Below, in pieces: positions 1 to 9,394 of a stretch of 64,000 nucleotides of DNA. Source of the DNA: a virus. Made by a program: the position numbers and the translations under genes. Under the pieces are notes generated by a model, which saw only the letters and a program-made list of their open reading frames with translations, ran no database searches and had not been told where the DNA came from. The stretch spans positions 33,799 to 97,798 of IMG/VR virus record IMGVR_UViG_3300025407_000799. The stretch is one strand, 5' to 3'. Every line of letters starts with the position of its first letter. The first letter of the stretch is position 1.

Positions 1-155
1 TTGAAGGCGATCCAGATGAAGAAATCGTAGACCGTTGGTTCAGAGATTTAGCCGGCAATATGCTTGCAGAAGCAGGTATTGCAGAACCAGAACGTGTCGG
101 TGCTGGATTTATTAATGTAAGTAAAATAGGTGGCGGAAAAGCTGAAGTTAAATGA
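1..155 (+). CDS. 3' end of a hypothetical phage protein, truncated by the window start
   Basis: Frame 3 is open from position 3 (EGDPDEEIVDRWFRDLAG...KAEVK) to TGA at 153-155, with an ATGA overlap into the next gene. Confidence 0.75.
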   Translation, partial: EGDPDEEIVDRWFRDLAGNMLAEAGIAEPERVGAGFINVSKIGGGKAEVK

Positions 156-1171
156 CGTATATTTTAGTTGATACTGCAAATACATTCTTTCGTGCTAGGC
201 ACGTTGTTCAAGGGTCAGCCGATATTAAGCTCGGCATGGCATTTCACATTACACTTAACAGTATCAAGAAAGCATGGAATGACTTCGGTGGTACTCATGT
301 AGTATTCTGCCTCGAGGGTCGAAGCTGGCGTAAGGACTATTATAAACCTTACAAAGCTAATCGACAAGAAACTCGTGCAGCTATGACACAAAAAGAACAA
401 GATGAAGATAAATTGTTCTGGGAAGCATTTGACGAATTTAAAAATTTCATTGTAGAGAAAACTAACTGTACTGTAATGCGTCATGAAAACTTAGAAGCAG
501 ATGATTTGATTGCAGGTTGGATACAAGCACATCCGCATAGCAAACACGTTATTATTTCGACAGATGGAGATTTTGCACAATTAGTAAGTCCTACTGTTAG
601 TCAGTATAACGGTGTAGGTGATTTACATATTACACACGAAGGAATCTTTGATGCCAAAGGTAAACCCGTTAAAGACAAAAAGACAGGCGAGCCAAAACCA
701 GCACAAGACCCGGAGTGGATGTTATTCGAGAAATGTATGCGTGGTGATACCAGTGATAATGTCTTCTCGGCGTATCCAGGTGTGCGTACTAAAGGTTCTA
801 AAAACAAAGTTGGTCTTACTGAAGCGTTCGAAGATCGTAAAGCCAAAGGATTTGCGTGGAACAATCTCATGCTTCAGAGATGGGTTGACCACAATGGCGA
901 AGAACACCGTGTACTAGAAGATTATCAACGTAATGTACAGTTATGTGACTTGACTGCACAGCCTGACGATATTAAAGAAAAGATTAAAGATACTATCAAT
1001 ACTAATGCTAGACCTAAAGAGGTTACGCAAGTTGGTATCCGTATGCTCAAGTTTTGTAATGCTTGGGATATGAAAAAGATCGCTGATAACATTCAGCAAT
1101 ATGCAGAACCATTCCAAGCAAAGTATCCTGAAAAAGATCTTACTTGGCGCACACTAACCCAGGAGAATTAA
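152..1171 (+). CDS. rnh: T4 RNase H-like 5'-3' exonuclease (FEN/PIN-like fold)
   Basis: N-terminal ILVD motif, SWRK..Y..YKANR, LEADDLIA, IISTDGDF.QL and GD.SDNV acidic catalytic motifs. Confidence 0.9.
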   Translation: MTYILVDTANTFFRARHVVQGSADIKLGMAFHITLNSIKKAWNDFGGTHVVFCLEGRSWRKDYYKPYKANRQETRAAMTQKEQDEDKLFWEAFDEFKNFIVEKTNCTVMRHENLEADDLIAGWIQAHPHSKHVIISTDGDFAQLVSPTVSQYNGVGDLHITHEGIFDAKGKPVKDKKTGEPKPAQDPEWMLFEKCMRGDTSDNVFSAYPGVRTKGSKNKVGLTEAFEDRKAKGFAWNNLMLQRWVDHNGEEHRVLEDYQRNVQLCDLTAQPDDIKEKIKDTINTNARPKEVTQVGIRMLKFCNAWDMKKIADNIQQYAEPFQAKYPEKDLTWRTLTQEN

Positions 1172-1172
1172 A

Positions 1173-1364
1173 ATGGCAAAACTAGCAAAACTAGCAAAAG
1201 TAAATGAATCGATCACTATCAATCGTTATGATAACGGCTATATGGTTGAAGTTGGAGGACGTGATGAAGAAGGCGAATGGAAAACCGCTAAGATTCTTTG
1301 TAACTCTGAACAAGATATGCTCGATGTAGTTCAAGAGTGGACTACAATGGATTTGGACAACTAA
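1173..1364 (+). CDS. hypothetical protein
   Basis: AGGAG SD upstream; 63 aa; codon usage like neighbours. Confidence 0.75.
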   Translation: MAKLAKLAKVNESITINRYDNGYMVEVGGRDEEGEWKTAKILCNSEQDMLDVVQEWTTMDLDN

Positions 1365-1374
1365 GGAGATATCT

Positions 1375-1878
1375 ATGGCTCAGTGGACTGTCAGTACATA
1401 TTATAAAAAATCTTGTCAAGAAGTTGAAACCTACAACCAACGTAACGGTGATGGTAAAGTTACTGTAGTGAATGGATTTCGCTATGGTGAGTGGACTGTA
1501 GAAACTACAGACGAGAATCCTCCAGAATTTGAGTTTGTAGAAGTGCCCGATGGTGATGGTCGTAAAGACAGCATCAATATGTTAGATTGTGAAATCAACA
1601 ATATCGAAAGTGTTGAACTTGTTGAAATGTTTGACGGCGGTTGTTGGTATGATGTAGATGTTACAGGACTTGATGAAGAAGCTCAAGCAGAAATTGAAGA
1701 TTTCCTTGAAGAAAATAGCCCTTACGAATTGGAAGAACGTGAAGACGATCCGTGGATGCAAGGCGACACTGAGTGGTGGATTTGGGGGCCAATTGAAATT
1801 AAAAACGAAAATGGCGACACTGTGCGTATTATCTGTGCAGATGCCGATGGCAATGTTATTGACTTTGTCGAGGAATAA
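1375..1878 (+). CDS. acidic hypothetical protein
   Basis: AAGGAG SD; 167 aa, D/E-rich. Confidence 0.8.
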   Translation: MAQWTVSTYYKKSCQEVETYNQRNGDGKVTVVNGFRYGEWTVETTDENPPEFEFVEVPDGDGRKDSINMLDCEINNIESVELVEMFDGGCWYDVDVTGLDEEAQAEIEDFLEENSPYELEEREDDPWMQGDTEWWIWGPIEIKNENGDTVRIICADADGNVIDFVEE

Positions 1879-1881
1879 ATA
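1875..1881 (+). promoter_or_regulatory. putative T4-like late promoter (ATAAATA)
   Basis: Variant of the T4 late consensus TATAAATA at a gene junction. Confidence 0.5.
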
Positions 1882-1932
1882 CGTATATTACTCGGGTGCC
1901 GTCAGGGCCCGTGTAATACTAAGGAGAAAAAT

Positions 1933-2412
1933 ATGACAGAAATACACGCCAAGCCTATTGTGGATGGTAAGTTTTGGATCGTAGAGCAAGATGGCGCTAA
2001 GATTGCAACACTACATAAAAAAGAAAATAACAAGTTTGTACTATCAAGTACTAACGGTGAACTAATGTTTAATAAGAAACAAGATCTTACAAAACAGTTC
2101 GGAGAAGGGTTTTTCTTATCAAGTACTAAAGTTAAAGTTACACAAGCAGATCCTAATGAATGCCACGGATTTCCTACTAGTGTAAACCCATACAATGCTA
2201 TGTATGATGTACAACGTAAATTACCGTTGTTTACAAAGAGTAATGCTAGTAAGAGTTTGTACTGTGCAGGTTACTACACTATTAAATTTAATAAAGGTTG
2301 GGTTAAAAGTTTTTGCCCTAAAGCAATTACCATAGAACGTAACCCGTTTAAAGGTCCTTTTAAAACAGAATTTGAAATGAAACAGGTATTGAGCAATGTC
2401 AAATCAGATTAA
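1933..2412 (+). CDS. hypothetical phage protein
   Basis: AAGGAG SD at 1921-1926; 159 aa. Confidence 0.8.
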   Translation: MTEIHAKPIVDGKFWIVEQDGAKIATLHKKENNKFVLSSTNGELMFNKKQDLTKQFGEGFFLSSTKVKVTQADPNECHGFPTSVNPYNAMYDVQRKLPLFTKSNASKSLYCAGYYTIKFNKGWVKSFCPKAITIERNPFKGPFKTEFEMKQVLSNVKSD

Positions 2413-2641
2413 TTTAACCCCTATTACACAATTTGCACAATCGTTACGTGCTGCAGAATTAAGCCAAAGTAAAGAAGTTAAATTAACTATTCAACAGGCT
2501 AGATTGTTAAATTTAGCCCTTACTGAATTGTTAGACAAGGTTTCTCAAGATTATGAAACCTTGTTTAACTCACTTAAAAATAATCCATCTACAGAAGTTA
2601 TTACTGTTAGTATGGACGGTGGAGGTTTTAGTAACAAATAA
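2396..2641 (+). CDS. hypothetical protein
   Basis: 81-aa ORF overlapping the upstream gene, ending ..MDGGGF. Confidence 0.7.
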   Translation: MSNQINLTPITQFAQSLRAAELSQSKEVKLTIQQARLLNLALTELLDKVSQDYETLFNSLKNNPSTEVITVSMDGGGFSNK

Positions 2642-2678
2642 GACTAAATATATGCGTACATAATTGGATACGCATATC

Positions 2679-2963
2679 ATGAGTCGACCTAAGCCAAAAG
2701 TATTATTAGAACATACTAATAAAAGAACTTATAAATCTGAACAGATTTTAGAAGCCGAAGCCATCTGGGCTGTATTTTACAAAAACGAGCCTTTTAATCT
2801 AAAGTCGTTTAATAGTCTTACCAGCTATCCTGGACCAAAATACAAAAAAGTTTCTTTCTCAAATCCTGGCCATGCACATAATTTGGCAAAGAAATTGAAT
2901 CTTACATTTGGAACTGAAGATTTCCAAGTTGTCATGTTAACTCAAGGTACTATTGTAAAATGA
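2679..2963 (+). CDS. hypothetical protein (likely start MSRPKP at 2679 rather than TTG at 2664)
   Basis: ATG at 2679 with GGA ~10 nt upstream; TAAATA at 2645-2650; ATGA overlap with the next gene. Confidence 0.75.
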   Translation: MSRPKPKVLLEHTNKRTYKSEQILEAEAIWAVFYKNEPFNLKSFNSLTSYPGPKYKKVSFSNPGHAHNLAKKLNLTFGTEDFQVVMLTQGTIVK

Positions 2964-3367
2964 TATCGAGAGATGCTTTGACTAAAATATTCTTACAACA
3001 ATGGGGTAAGAGTATGGACGAAGCAAACACCAAACTATTTTCTCGTAAATGGTGGCAAAGTACTCGTGCTGGAAAGCAAAACAATTTCAGACTGAGTGAT
3101 GAAGGTTATGAATTTTTGGTAAAAGAATTGGACCTTAAAGAATACGAAATTCCATTTACCGAACCAATTGAACTTAGTCCTCAAACATTAATCTTTTTGG
3201 AAAGATATATCGATTGTCCGTACTATCTTACTCCAATGTCAATTACTGTCTTTTCAGAACGCAAGGGTTTTGAACTAATGTTGTTTTCAGACGACATCAG
3301 AAAATTTGGCATTATTAAAGCTATGAATGAGCGAGAAAAAGAACTCGCTAATGAAAAAAACAGTTGA
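2960..3367 (+). CDS. hypothetical protein
   Basis: 135 aa, translationally coupled to the upstream gene. Confidence 0.75.
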   Translation: MISRDALTKIFLQQWGKSMDEANTKLFSRKWWQSTRAGKQNNFRLSDEGYEFLVKELDLKEYEIPFTEPIELSPQTLIFLERYIDCPYYLTPMSITVFSERKGFELMLFSDDIRKFGIIKAMNEREKELANEKNS

Positions 3368-3392
3368 CATACCTTTGGGTTTCCTATACAAT
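3364..3392 (+). promoter_or_regulatory. sigma70-type early promoter
   Basis: TTGACA (3364-3369), 17 nt, TACAAT (3387-3392). Confidence 0.85.
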
Positions 3393-3446
3393 ACATACAT
3401 CAACAGCGTTACTTCGTAACAATTTTAACTTAGTATAGGAACTAAA

Positions 3447-4535
3447 ATGCCAGAAATCAGTAGCCGTACAGTGGGCCCAAGCGGTGCTAAAAAGTCTTTG
3501 CGTAAGGCTTTTCAAAATAAACGTCCAATTTTCCTTTGGGGTCCTCCAGGAATTGGAAAATCGGATATTATCAAACAACTTGGTGTTGAGACTGATTCTC
3601 ACGTAATCGATGTTCGTTTGAGCCTTTGGGAACCTACTGACATTAAAGGTATTCCATACTTTGATTCCAACGATAATACAATGCGTTGGGCACCTCCATC
3701 GGAATTGCCAAGTGCAGAAATGGCAAAAGAACACAAGAACATTATCTTGTTCTTGGATGAAATGAACTCTGCCGCTCCTAGCGTACAAGCGGCGGCTTAT
3801 CAATTGATTTTGAATCGTCGTGTTGGTACATATCACTTGCCAGATAATGTTGTACTAGTTGCGGCAGGTAATCGTGAAACTGACAAGGGTGTTACATTCC
3901 GTATGCCTGCTCCATTGGCTAACCGTTTTGTTCACTTGGAAATGACTGTTAACTGGGATGACTACTTTGAGTGGGCTGTTGAAAACAAAATCCATAAAGA
4001 CGTAGTTGGCTTCTTGAGCTTTTCTAAAAAGAGCTTGTACGACTTTGATCCAAAGTCTAGCTCACGTGCGTTTGCTACTCCACGTTCTTGGAGCTTTGTA
4101 AGCGAATTGCTAACAGATGACGATGTCGATGTAGATACACTTACAGACTTGGTATCAGGTTCTGTAGGCGAAGGTCTTGCAATCAGCTTTATGGCTCACC
4201 GTAAAGTTGCAGGTAAAATGCCTAACCCAACTGATATTTTGTCAGGTAAAGTTAAAAAGATGGATTCCAAAGAAATCTCAGCTATGTATTCTTTAACTGT
4301 GTCATTGTGCTACGAGTTGAAAGATGCTTGCGAGAAAAATGCTAAAAACTGGAATGATATGACTAATAACTTTTTCGAATTTATGATGAATAACTTTGAA
4401 ACTGAATTGGTTATTATGGGTACAAAATTGGCGTTGAGTACTTACAAGTTGCCGTTGGATCCGGACGAAATCAAATGCTTTGACGATTTCCATGCCAAAT
4501 ACGGCAAGTATATTAGCCAAGCTACTGAAAAGTAA
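3447..4535 (+). CDS. MoxR-like AAA+ ATPase
   Basis: Walker A GPPGIGKS, Walker B ILFLDE, sensor-1 AAGN, arginine-finger PLANRF, TPRSW. Confidence 0.9.
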   Translation: MPEISSRTVGPSGAKKSLRKAFQNKRPIFLWGPPGIGKSDIIKQLGVETDSHVIDVRLSLWEPTDIKGIPYFDSNDNTMRWAPPSELPSAEMAKEHKNIILFLDEMNSAAPSVQAAAYQLILNRRVGTYHLPDNVVLVAAGNRETDKGVTFRMPAPLANRFVHLEMTVNWDDYFEWAVENKIHKDVVGFLSFSKKSLYDFDPKSSSRAFATPRSWSFVSELLTDDDVDVDTLTDLVSGSVGEGLAISFMAHRKVAGKMPNPTDILSGKVKKMDSKEISAMYSLTVSLCYELKDACEKNAKNWNDMTNNFFEFMMNNFETELVIMGTKLALSTYKLPLDPDEIKCFDDFHAKYGKYISQATEK

Positions 4536-4551
4536 TTCGGTATAGTCTTAT

Positions 4552-4580
4552 TTGACAGGACCTTAGGGTCCTGTTATAAT
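4552..4580 (+). promoter_or_regulatory. perfect sigma70 promoter with a palindromic spacer
   Basis: TTGACA (4552-4557), 17 nt, TATAAT (4575-4580); inverted repeat ACAGGACC-ttag-GGTCCTGT. Confidence 0.85.
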
Positions 4581-4604
4581 ATATACATATAGTAAAGGAG
4601 TATC

Positions 4605-5789
4605 ATGTCACATACAGATCCAATTATCGACAAAATTATCGTAGCCCGTGTGGGTCTATTACTTCGCCATCCATTCTTTGGTAATCTTGCAACACGTTTG
4701 AAAATTGAAGAAGGCTCCGAGTGGATGGGTACTGCCGCTACAGACGGACGTACTATCTATTTTAATCGTGAATTTTTTGAACCACTTTCGGTCAAACAAG
4801 TTGAGTTCGTTATTGCTCACGAAATTCTACACAATGTATTTGATCACATGGGTCGACGCGAAGGTCGTAATCCACGTATCTTTAACATTGCCGCTGACTA
4901 TTGTGTTAACGGACAATTAGTTCGTGACCGTATCGGCGAGCACAATATTGAAGGTATTAAAATCTTCCATGATTCAAAATACTACGGCATGGGTGCTGAA
5001 GAAGTTTACGATAAAATCTTCGACGAAATGGACGAGGAAGAATTGAATGCCCTTGGACAATTATTGGATGACCACATCGACTGGGGCGAGAATGGTAAAG
5101 ATGGTCAACCAAAGTATTCTAAAGAAGAATTAAAACAGATTCGTGACGAAGTTCGTGAAGCTACTATGCAAGCCGCACAAGCCGCAGGTGCTGGCAACAC
5201 TCCTGCTAGTGTACAACGCATGATCAAAGAACTTACAGAGCCTAAGATGAATTGGCGTGAAATACTACGTCAACAAATCCAAAGCACTATTAAGAATGAC
5301 TATTCATTTATGCGTCCCAACCGCAAGGGCTGGCACATGAGTGCTGTATTGCCTGGAACACAATTTCAAGAAACAATTGATATTTGTGTAAGTATTGACA
5401 TGTCAGGTTCTATTGGTGACGAACAAGCTAAAGATTTCTTAAGTGAAATCAAAGGCATTATGGAAGAATATAAAGACTTTAAAATTAAAGTATGGTGCTT
5501 TGATACTAAAGTCTACAACGAAGCCGACTTTGATGGTTATAATATCGATGAGTTTGATAACTACGAGCCAATGGGCGGTGGCGGAACTGAGTTTGATGCC
5601 AACTGGGAATACATGAAGGAACACGATATTCAACCTAAAAAGTTTATTATGTTTACTGATGGTTATCCTTGGGGTAGTTGGGGTGATGAAGATTATTGTG
5701 ATACAATTTTTATCATCCACGGTAATAACACTATTGTTCCACCGTTTGGAGAATATGCCTATTACGAAGCTGTTAAAGAGGCAGCGTAA
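4605..5789 (+). CDS. HExxH metallopeptidase-like + vWA domain protein (DUF2201-like MoxR partner)
   Basis: TAATDG, HEILH zincin motif, MIDAS DMSGS, GGGGTEF, FTDG. Confidence 0.88.
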   Translation: MSHTDPIIDKIIVARVGLLLRHPFFGNLATRLKIEEGSEWMGTAATDGRTIYFNREFFEPLSVKQVEFVIAHEILHNVFDHMGRREGRNPRIFNIAADYCVNGQLVRDRIGEHNIEGIKIFHDSKYYGMGAEEVYDKIFDEMDEEELNALGQLLDDHIDWGENGKDGQPKYSKEELKQIRDEVREATMQAAQAAGAGNTPASVQRMIKELTEPKMNWREILRQQIQSTIKNDYSFMRPNRKGWHMSAVLPGTQFQETIDICVSIDMSGSIGDEQAKDFLSEIKGIMEEYKDFKIKVWCFDTKVYNEADFDGYNIDEFDNYEPMGGGGTEFDANWEYMKEHDIQPKKFIMFTDGYPWGSWGDEDYCDTIFIIHGNNTIVPPFGEYAYYEAVKEAA

Positions 5790-6076
5790 TGGCATTAAAA
5801 AATGGCAAACCTAATCCTTTAGATTATTTCAATTTACGGAGGGTTGAGTTTGCCTGCCCTCATTTTAAATACACTTCAATAGACAGGTATAATCCAACTT
5901 TAGTCAAATCTATCGACTCATGGATACGTAAGAATCTAAATAATAGGTACTATGTGGGTCAAGGCATAACACTAGATAATACCAATACGATTGTGTATAA
6001 TACACGTATTGGTTTTGAAAGTGAAAAAGAACTCAGTTTTTTCACAATTGCCTGCCCGCATCTTCAAACTAGATAA
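5789..6076 (+). CDS. hypothetical protein
   Basis: 95 aa; TAATG stop/start overlap. Confidence 0.75.
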   Translation: MALKNGKPNPLDYFNLRRVEFACPHFKYTSIDRYNPTLVKSIDSWIRKNLNNRYYVGQGITLDNTNTIVYNTRIGFESEKELSFFTIACPHLQTR

Positions 6077-6110
6077 TTAAAATAGTACTTTACCATAAAG
6101 GAGATAATAC

Positions 6111-6389
6111 ATGTCTGACGTACAATCTACACCAGAAGCGCAACAAGGCGCTACCGAACTTACTATCAATGATTTAAATGCACTTAAAGTAATCATCGAT
6201 ATTGCTAGCTCACGCGGAGCATTTAAACCAAATGAAATGGTAGCTGTTGGCCAAACTTATACTAAGTTGACAACATTTTTAGATGCAGTTGCAGCTCAAC
6301 AAGCAGCTCAGCAACCAGCACCAGCCCCAGCGGCACCACAACAACCAGCAACAGCAGGTACAGTCGCTAGTGCATTAGCAGGAGCATAA
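6111..6389 (+). CDS. hypothetical protein with Q/P/A-rich tail
   Basis: AAGGAG SD; 92 aa. Confidence 0.8.
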   Translation: MSDVQSTPEAQQGATELTINDLNALKVIIDIASSRGAFKPNEMVAVGQTYTKLTTFLDAVAAQQAAQQPAPAPAAPQQPATAGTVASALAGA

Positions 6390-6390
6390 T

Positions 6391-6996
6391 ATGGCCGAAA
6401 TTAAACACGTCGGCCGTGTTAAAGCTACTAACAAAAAATGTTTAGTAGCTTATCGCACATTGCCCGGCGATGCATACCATTGCCTAATTGTTCCAACAGA
6501 GAACATGCCCGATATCTATCATGATGCAATTATTAACTTGGTAGAAAGTTCAGCTGGACAGGAATCCTACGAACTTGCTCAAGCAATGGATCGTACACAA
6601 TTCCCGGACGGTTCACGTATGTTGCCATGGTTACATGCAAATAATCGATTGATTAAAGCACCAACAGGCGCTATTGAAATGACACCTACTCTACAGACTA
6701 GTATTTTGTTGAGTGAGTTGAATCAAATTATTGCCGAACAACGCGGTGTGCCAATCGACGAACTTGCTCTTACAGAAAGTACGAATGATAAACCAGTTGA
6801 AAAGAAACCAGAGCTGGCAATTGAACAAGCTCCTGAAAAAGTTTCAGCAACTGTCAAAACCGCACTCGTACCAGATGAACCAGAAGCCAAAGCAAAATAC
6901 TATCGTAGTCAAGCAGATAAGTTAGCAAAAGAAGCTGCTAATTTTAGACGCCTAGCAGAGGAATTGGTTCCTACCAAGAAAAAAGCCACTAAATGA
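6391..6996 (+). CDS. hypothetical phage protein
   Basis: AGGAG SD; 201 aa; C-terminal helical/coiled segment. Confidence 0.8.
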   Translation: MAEIKHVGRVKATNKKCLVAYRTLPGDAYHCLIVPTENMPDIYHDAIINLVESSAGQESYELAQAMDRTQFPDGSRMLPWLHANNRLIKAPTGAIEMTPTLQTSILLSELNQIIAEQRGVPIDELALTESTNDKPVEKKPELAIEQAPEKVSATVKTALVPDEPEAKAKYYRSQADKLAKEAANFRRLAEELVPTKKKATK

Positions 6997-7313
6997 CACC
7001 AACGGGAAGAGTTCTTCCCAAGGATGTCATAGAGCATTGGCCAGAAGTATTCGGTGAAGTACAACTGAATGTGATACCTCTCAGGTATTTGCATACGGTA
7101 TTGGTCAATTTTAAAAATGGCAAAATTTGGGAAATAAAAATAACAGCACAAACTAAACGTGATGGTTGGAGTGCCTTTGAAAAGAATCTCTCAGATATTT
7201 GTAAAAATTATGAAGATTCTATTGATAATGTAGACTTTAAATTAGATACAAAATTAGTTAAAAAAGACATCGAACGTAGTACGCAAAAGTTTTTAAAGAA
7301 AAAAAAGCTATAA
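6993..7313 (+). CDS. hypothetical protein
   Basis: 106 aa; ATGA overlap. Confidence 0.75.
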   Translation: MTPTGRVLPKDVIEHWPEVFGEVQLNVIPLRYLHTVLVNFKNGKIWEIKITAQTKRDGWSAFEKNLSDICKNYEDSIDNVDFKLDTKLVKKDIERSTQKFLKKKKL

Positions 7314-7316
7314 ATA
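7309..7316 (+). promoter_or_regulatory. T4-type late promoter motif TATAAATA
   Basis: Exact T4 late consensus immediately before the thyX ATG; only 1 nt separates them, so function is uncertain. Confidence 0.4.
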
Positions 7317-7317
7317 T

Positions 7318-8001
7318 ATGAATGTTAGACTGCTTAGTTTCAGCCAGCCAACCGAAGAATTTGCAAGCATGGGAATTGATGACGCCCAAGAGCTCATTGC
7401 CTATTGCGCCCGTGTATCCAATCCCTCCAATCAGCTCAACACTTCCACGTCGGAAAAACTCATACAATACCTCGTCAAACACAAGCACTGGAGCCCACTT
7501 GAAATGGTCTCAGCTTGCATTGAAATCACAACCACTAGAGATATTGCCCGACAAATCCTTAGACACAGAAGTTTCAGCTTCCAAGAGTTCAGTCAGCGAT
7601 ATGCTGACCCTACTCGAGACTTGTCGTTTGTACGTAGAGATGCTAGAAAGCAAGACACAAAAAATAGACAAAACAGTATAGAACTAGATGTTCATAATAA
7701 CGACGAAGATCGTTTTTTAGCCTATCAATGGGAACGTATGCAAGAGTTAGTTATTAAACAAAGCCGCGATGCATATGAATGGGCTATTAGCAAAGGCATT
7801 GCCAAAGAACAAGCTCGTGCTGTATTACCCGAAGGGTTGATTGAAAGCCGGTTGTATATGAACGGTACACTACGCAGTTGGATTCATTTTATCGATTTAC
7901 GTAGTGCAAATGGTACACAAAAAGAACATCAAGAAGTTGCTATTGCATGTGCCAAAGTCATTAGCGAAATATTTCCAATGTTTAATTCTATTAAAGAATA
8001 A
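7318..8001 (+). CDS. thyX: flavin-dependent thymidylate synthase
   Basis: ThyX signature RHRSFSFQEFSQRY, H.SPLE, KEQAR.VLP, GTLRSW.HF. Confidence 0.95.
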   Translation: MNVRLLSFSQPTEEFASMGIDDAQELIAYCARVSNPSNQLNTSTSEKLIQYLVKHKHWSPLEMVSACIEITTTRDIARQILRHRSFSFQEFSQRYADPTRDLSFVRRDARKQDTKNRQNSIELDVHNNDEDRFLAYQWERMQELVIKQSRDAYEWAISKGIAKEQARAVLPEGLIESRLYMNGTLRSWIHFIDLRSANGTQKEHQEVAIACAKVISEIFPMFNSIKE

Positions 8002-9370
8002 CACACTCAACTAATTTAACTCCCGCATCGGAATTACTTTCTAATGCCATAGCAAATACATCTGGGTCAGGTTGAGCTACAGCTTTACCCCATCCAGAAC
8101 CGTAAGGTTTAACTCTAGAGCCTTTGGTAATTGCACCGTAAATCTTAACAGGAACACGACCTTTTAACGCAACATAAGTTCCGCCTTCGAGATCGTCATT
8201 CATCTTAATACCAGGATTGCCACTAACTACTCCGATTGCCTTATCGTCTTTTCCGCAAGAAGTAATTTCTTTTTCTCCGCCTACTGTTACTACAGTACCA
8301 ACTTCATATTCATTATCAGCAAGATATTTTTCTGCTAAGTCAGCACTTTGAATACTAGTATTTGAAGCATGAATAGCACGGAATCTAGCACTAGTAGATC
8401 CAATGTCTGTAAGATCGGCAGCACCTGGATAAACTATATTGCCTAACAGTTGTAGAGTAATAATTTTTGCAGCACCAGATGTAGTTCTAAATACAATAGG
8501 AATACCATCAATGTTACTTGTGATAACAGGAGTTGTTTGTGGTTGACCAGTACCAAATGTATACTGTGGATTTGTAATAGATAAACTAGTGCCTAAATTA
8601 ATTCCAGAATCTGAGAAAGTTACAAGATTTGAAAATGTACTAGGAATATCACCGCGTACATAATTGCTAGAACTTATTTCGCCTAATGCATCAGAATTTG
8701 TTGCTGTTCCCCAGAATTTATAACCAGTACTACTCCATACACCGTTAGTTTGTGTTGTAGAATTTAATGTAATACCTTGTTTAACATCTGTAAAACCAGA
8801 AGTTACACTAGTGATAGTGTTTAATGTAAAGTTTGCATTGCTAACTGTGAAAATTACGTTAGATCCATCGATGACAGATTCAATTACATTATGAGAAGTA
8901 TTTGAACCTTGCTCCTGTAAACTCTTAATAGAAAACTGTGTTGTTCCACTGTTGGTACTAGTAGTGAATGGTCCAATCGGTGTAAAAGAATTTACAGGAT
9001 CTCCGTTATAAACATTCAATTGTTTATTAGTAGTATCAAACCAAAAATCACCAATACTCAATCCACTAGGTGGTTGATTAAATGGTGTAGATTCTGCACT
9101 ACCTGCTGTACGGAATCTGCTACCATCATAAAATCTTAATTTATTTTTAGTAGTATCAAACCAAATTTGACCAGCTAATGGGTTAGTTGGTTGAGTTCCA
9201 TTTGCAAAATTTTCTAGCAAATAGATAAAATTTTCATTTTGTGCTTGGCCGTAACCTGCGTAGTTCTTACCGATTAAAGTAATATCAAGTGAATTATCAA
9301 TGGTGCCCGGAGCTACAGTTAGCCCGTTTCCGATTGGTTTTCCATTGTAATGATTTATTGTGTATGACAT
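7991..9370 (-). CDS. tail fibre/spike protein with a putative C-terminal autocleaving intramolecular chaperone domain
   Basis: Shared fibre N-terminus (LIGKNY.GYG..QNENF..LLENFAN...P..P..GQIWFD); C-terminal SADLAEKY...GTVV..GGEKEIT...VALKGRVPVK. Confidence 0.75.
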   Translation of the reverse strand: MSYTINHYNGKPIGNGLTVAPGTIDNSLDITLIGKNYAGYGQAQNENFIYLLENFANGTQPTNPLAGQIWFDTTKNKLRFYDGSRFRTAGSAESTPFNQPPSGLSIGDFWFDTTNKQLNVYNGDPVNSFTPIGPFTTSTNSGTTQFSIKSLQEQGSNTSHNVIESVIDGSNVIFTVSNANFTLNTITSVTSGFTDVKQGITLNSTTQTNGVWSSTGYKFWGTATNSDALGEISSSNYVRGDIPSTFSNLVTFSDSGINLGTSLSITNPQYTFGTGQPQTTPVITSNIDGIPIVFRTTSGAAKIITLQLLGNIVYPGAADLTDIGSTSARFRAIHASNTSIQSADLAEKYLADNEYEVGTVVTVGGEKEITSCGKDDKAIGVVSGNPGIKMNDDLEGGTYVALKGRVPVKIYGAITKGSRVKPYGSGWGKAVAQPDPDVFAMALESNSDAGVKLVECVIL

Positions 9371-9394
9371 TCTGATCTTTCCTTATTCTAGTAT

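Noticed and set aside
1175-1200. 9-nt tandem repeat GCAAAACTA (AKLAKLAK)
   Set aside because: Trivial in-frame microduplication with no further support
7991-8001. 11-nt 3' overlap of the convergent thyX and fibre genes
   Set aside because: Common compaction feature in phage genomes; no evidence of a regulatory role
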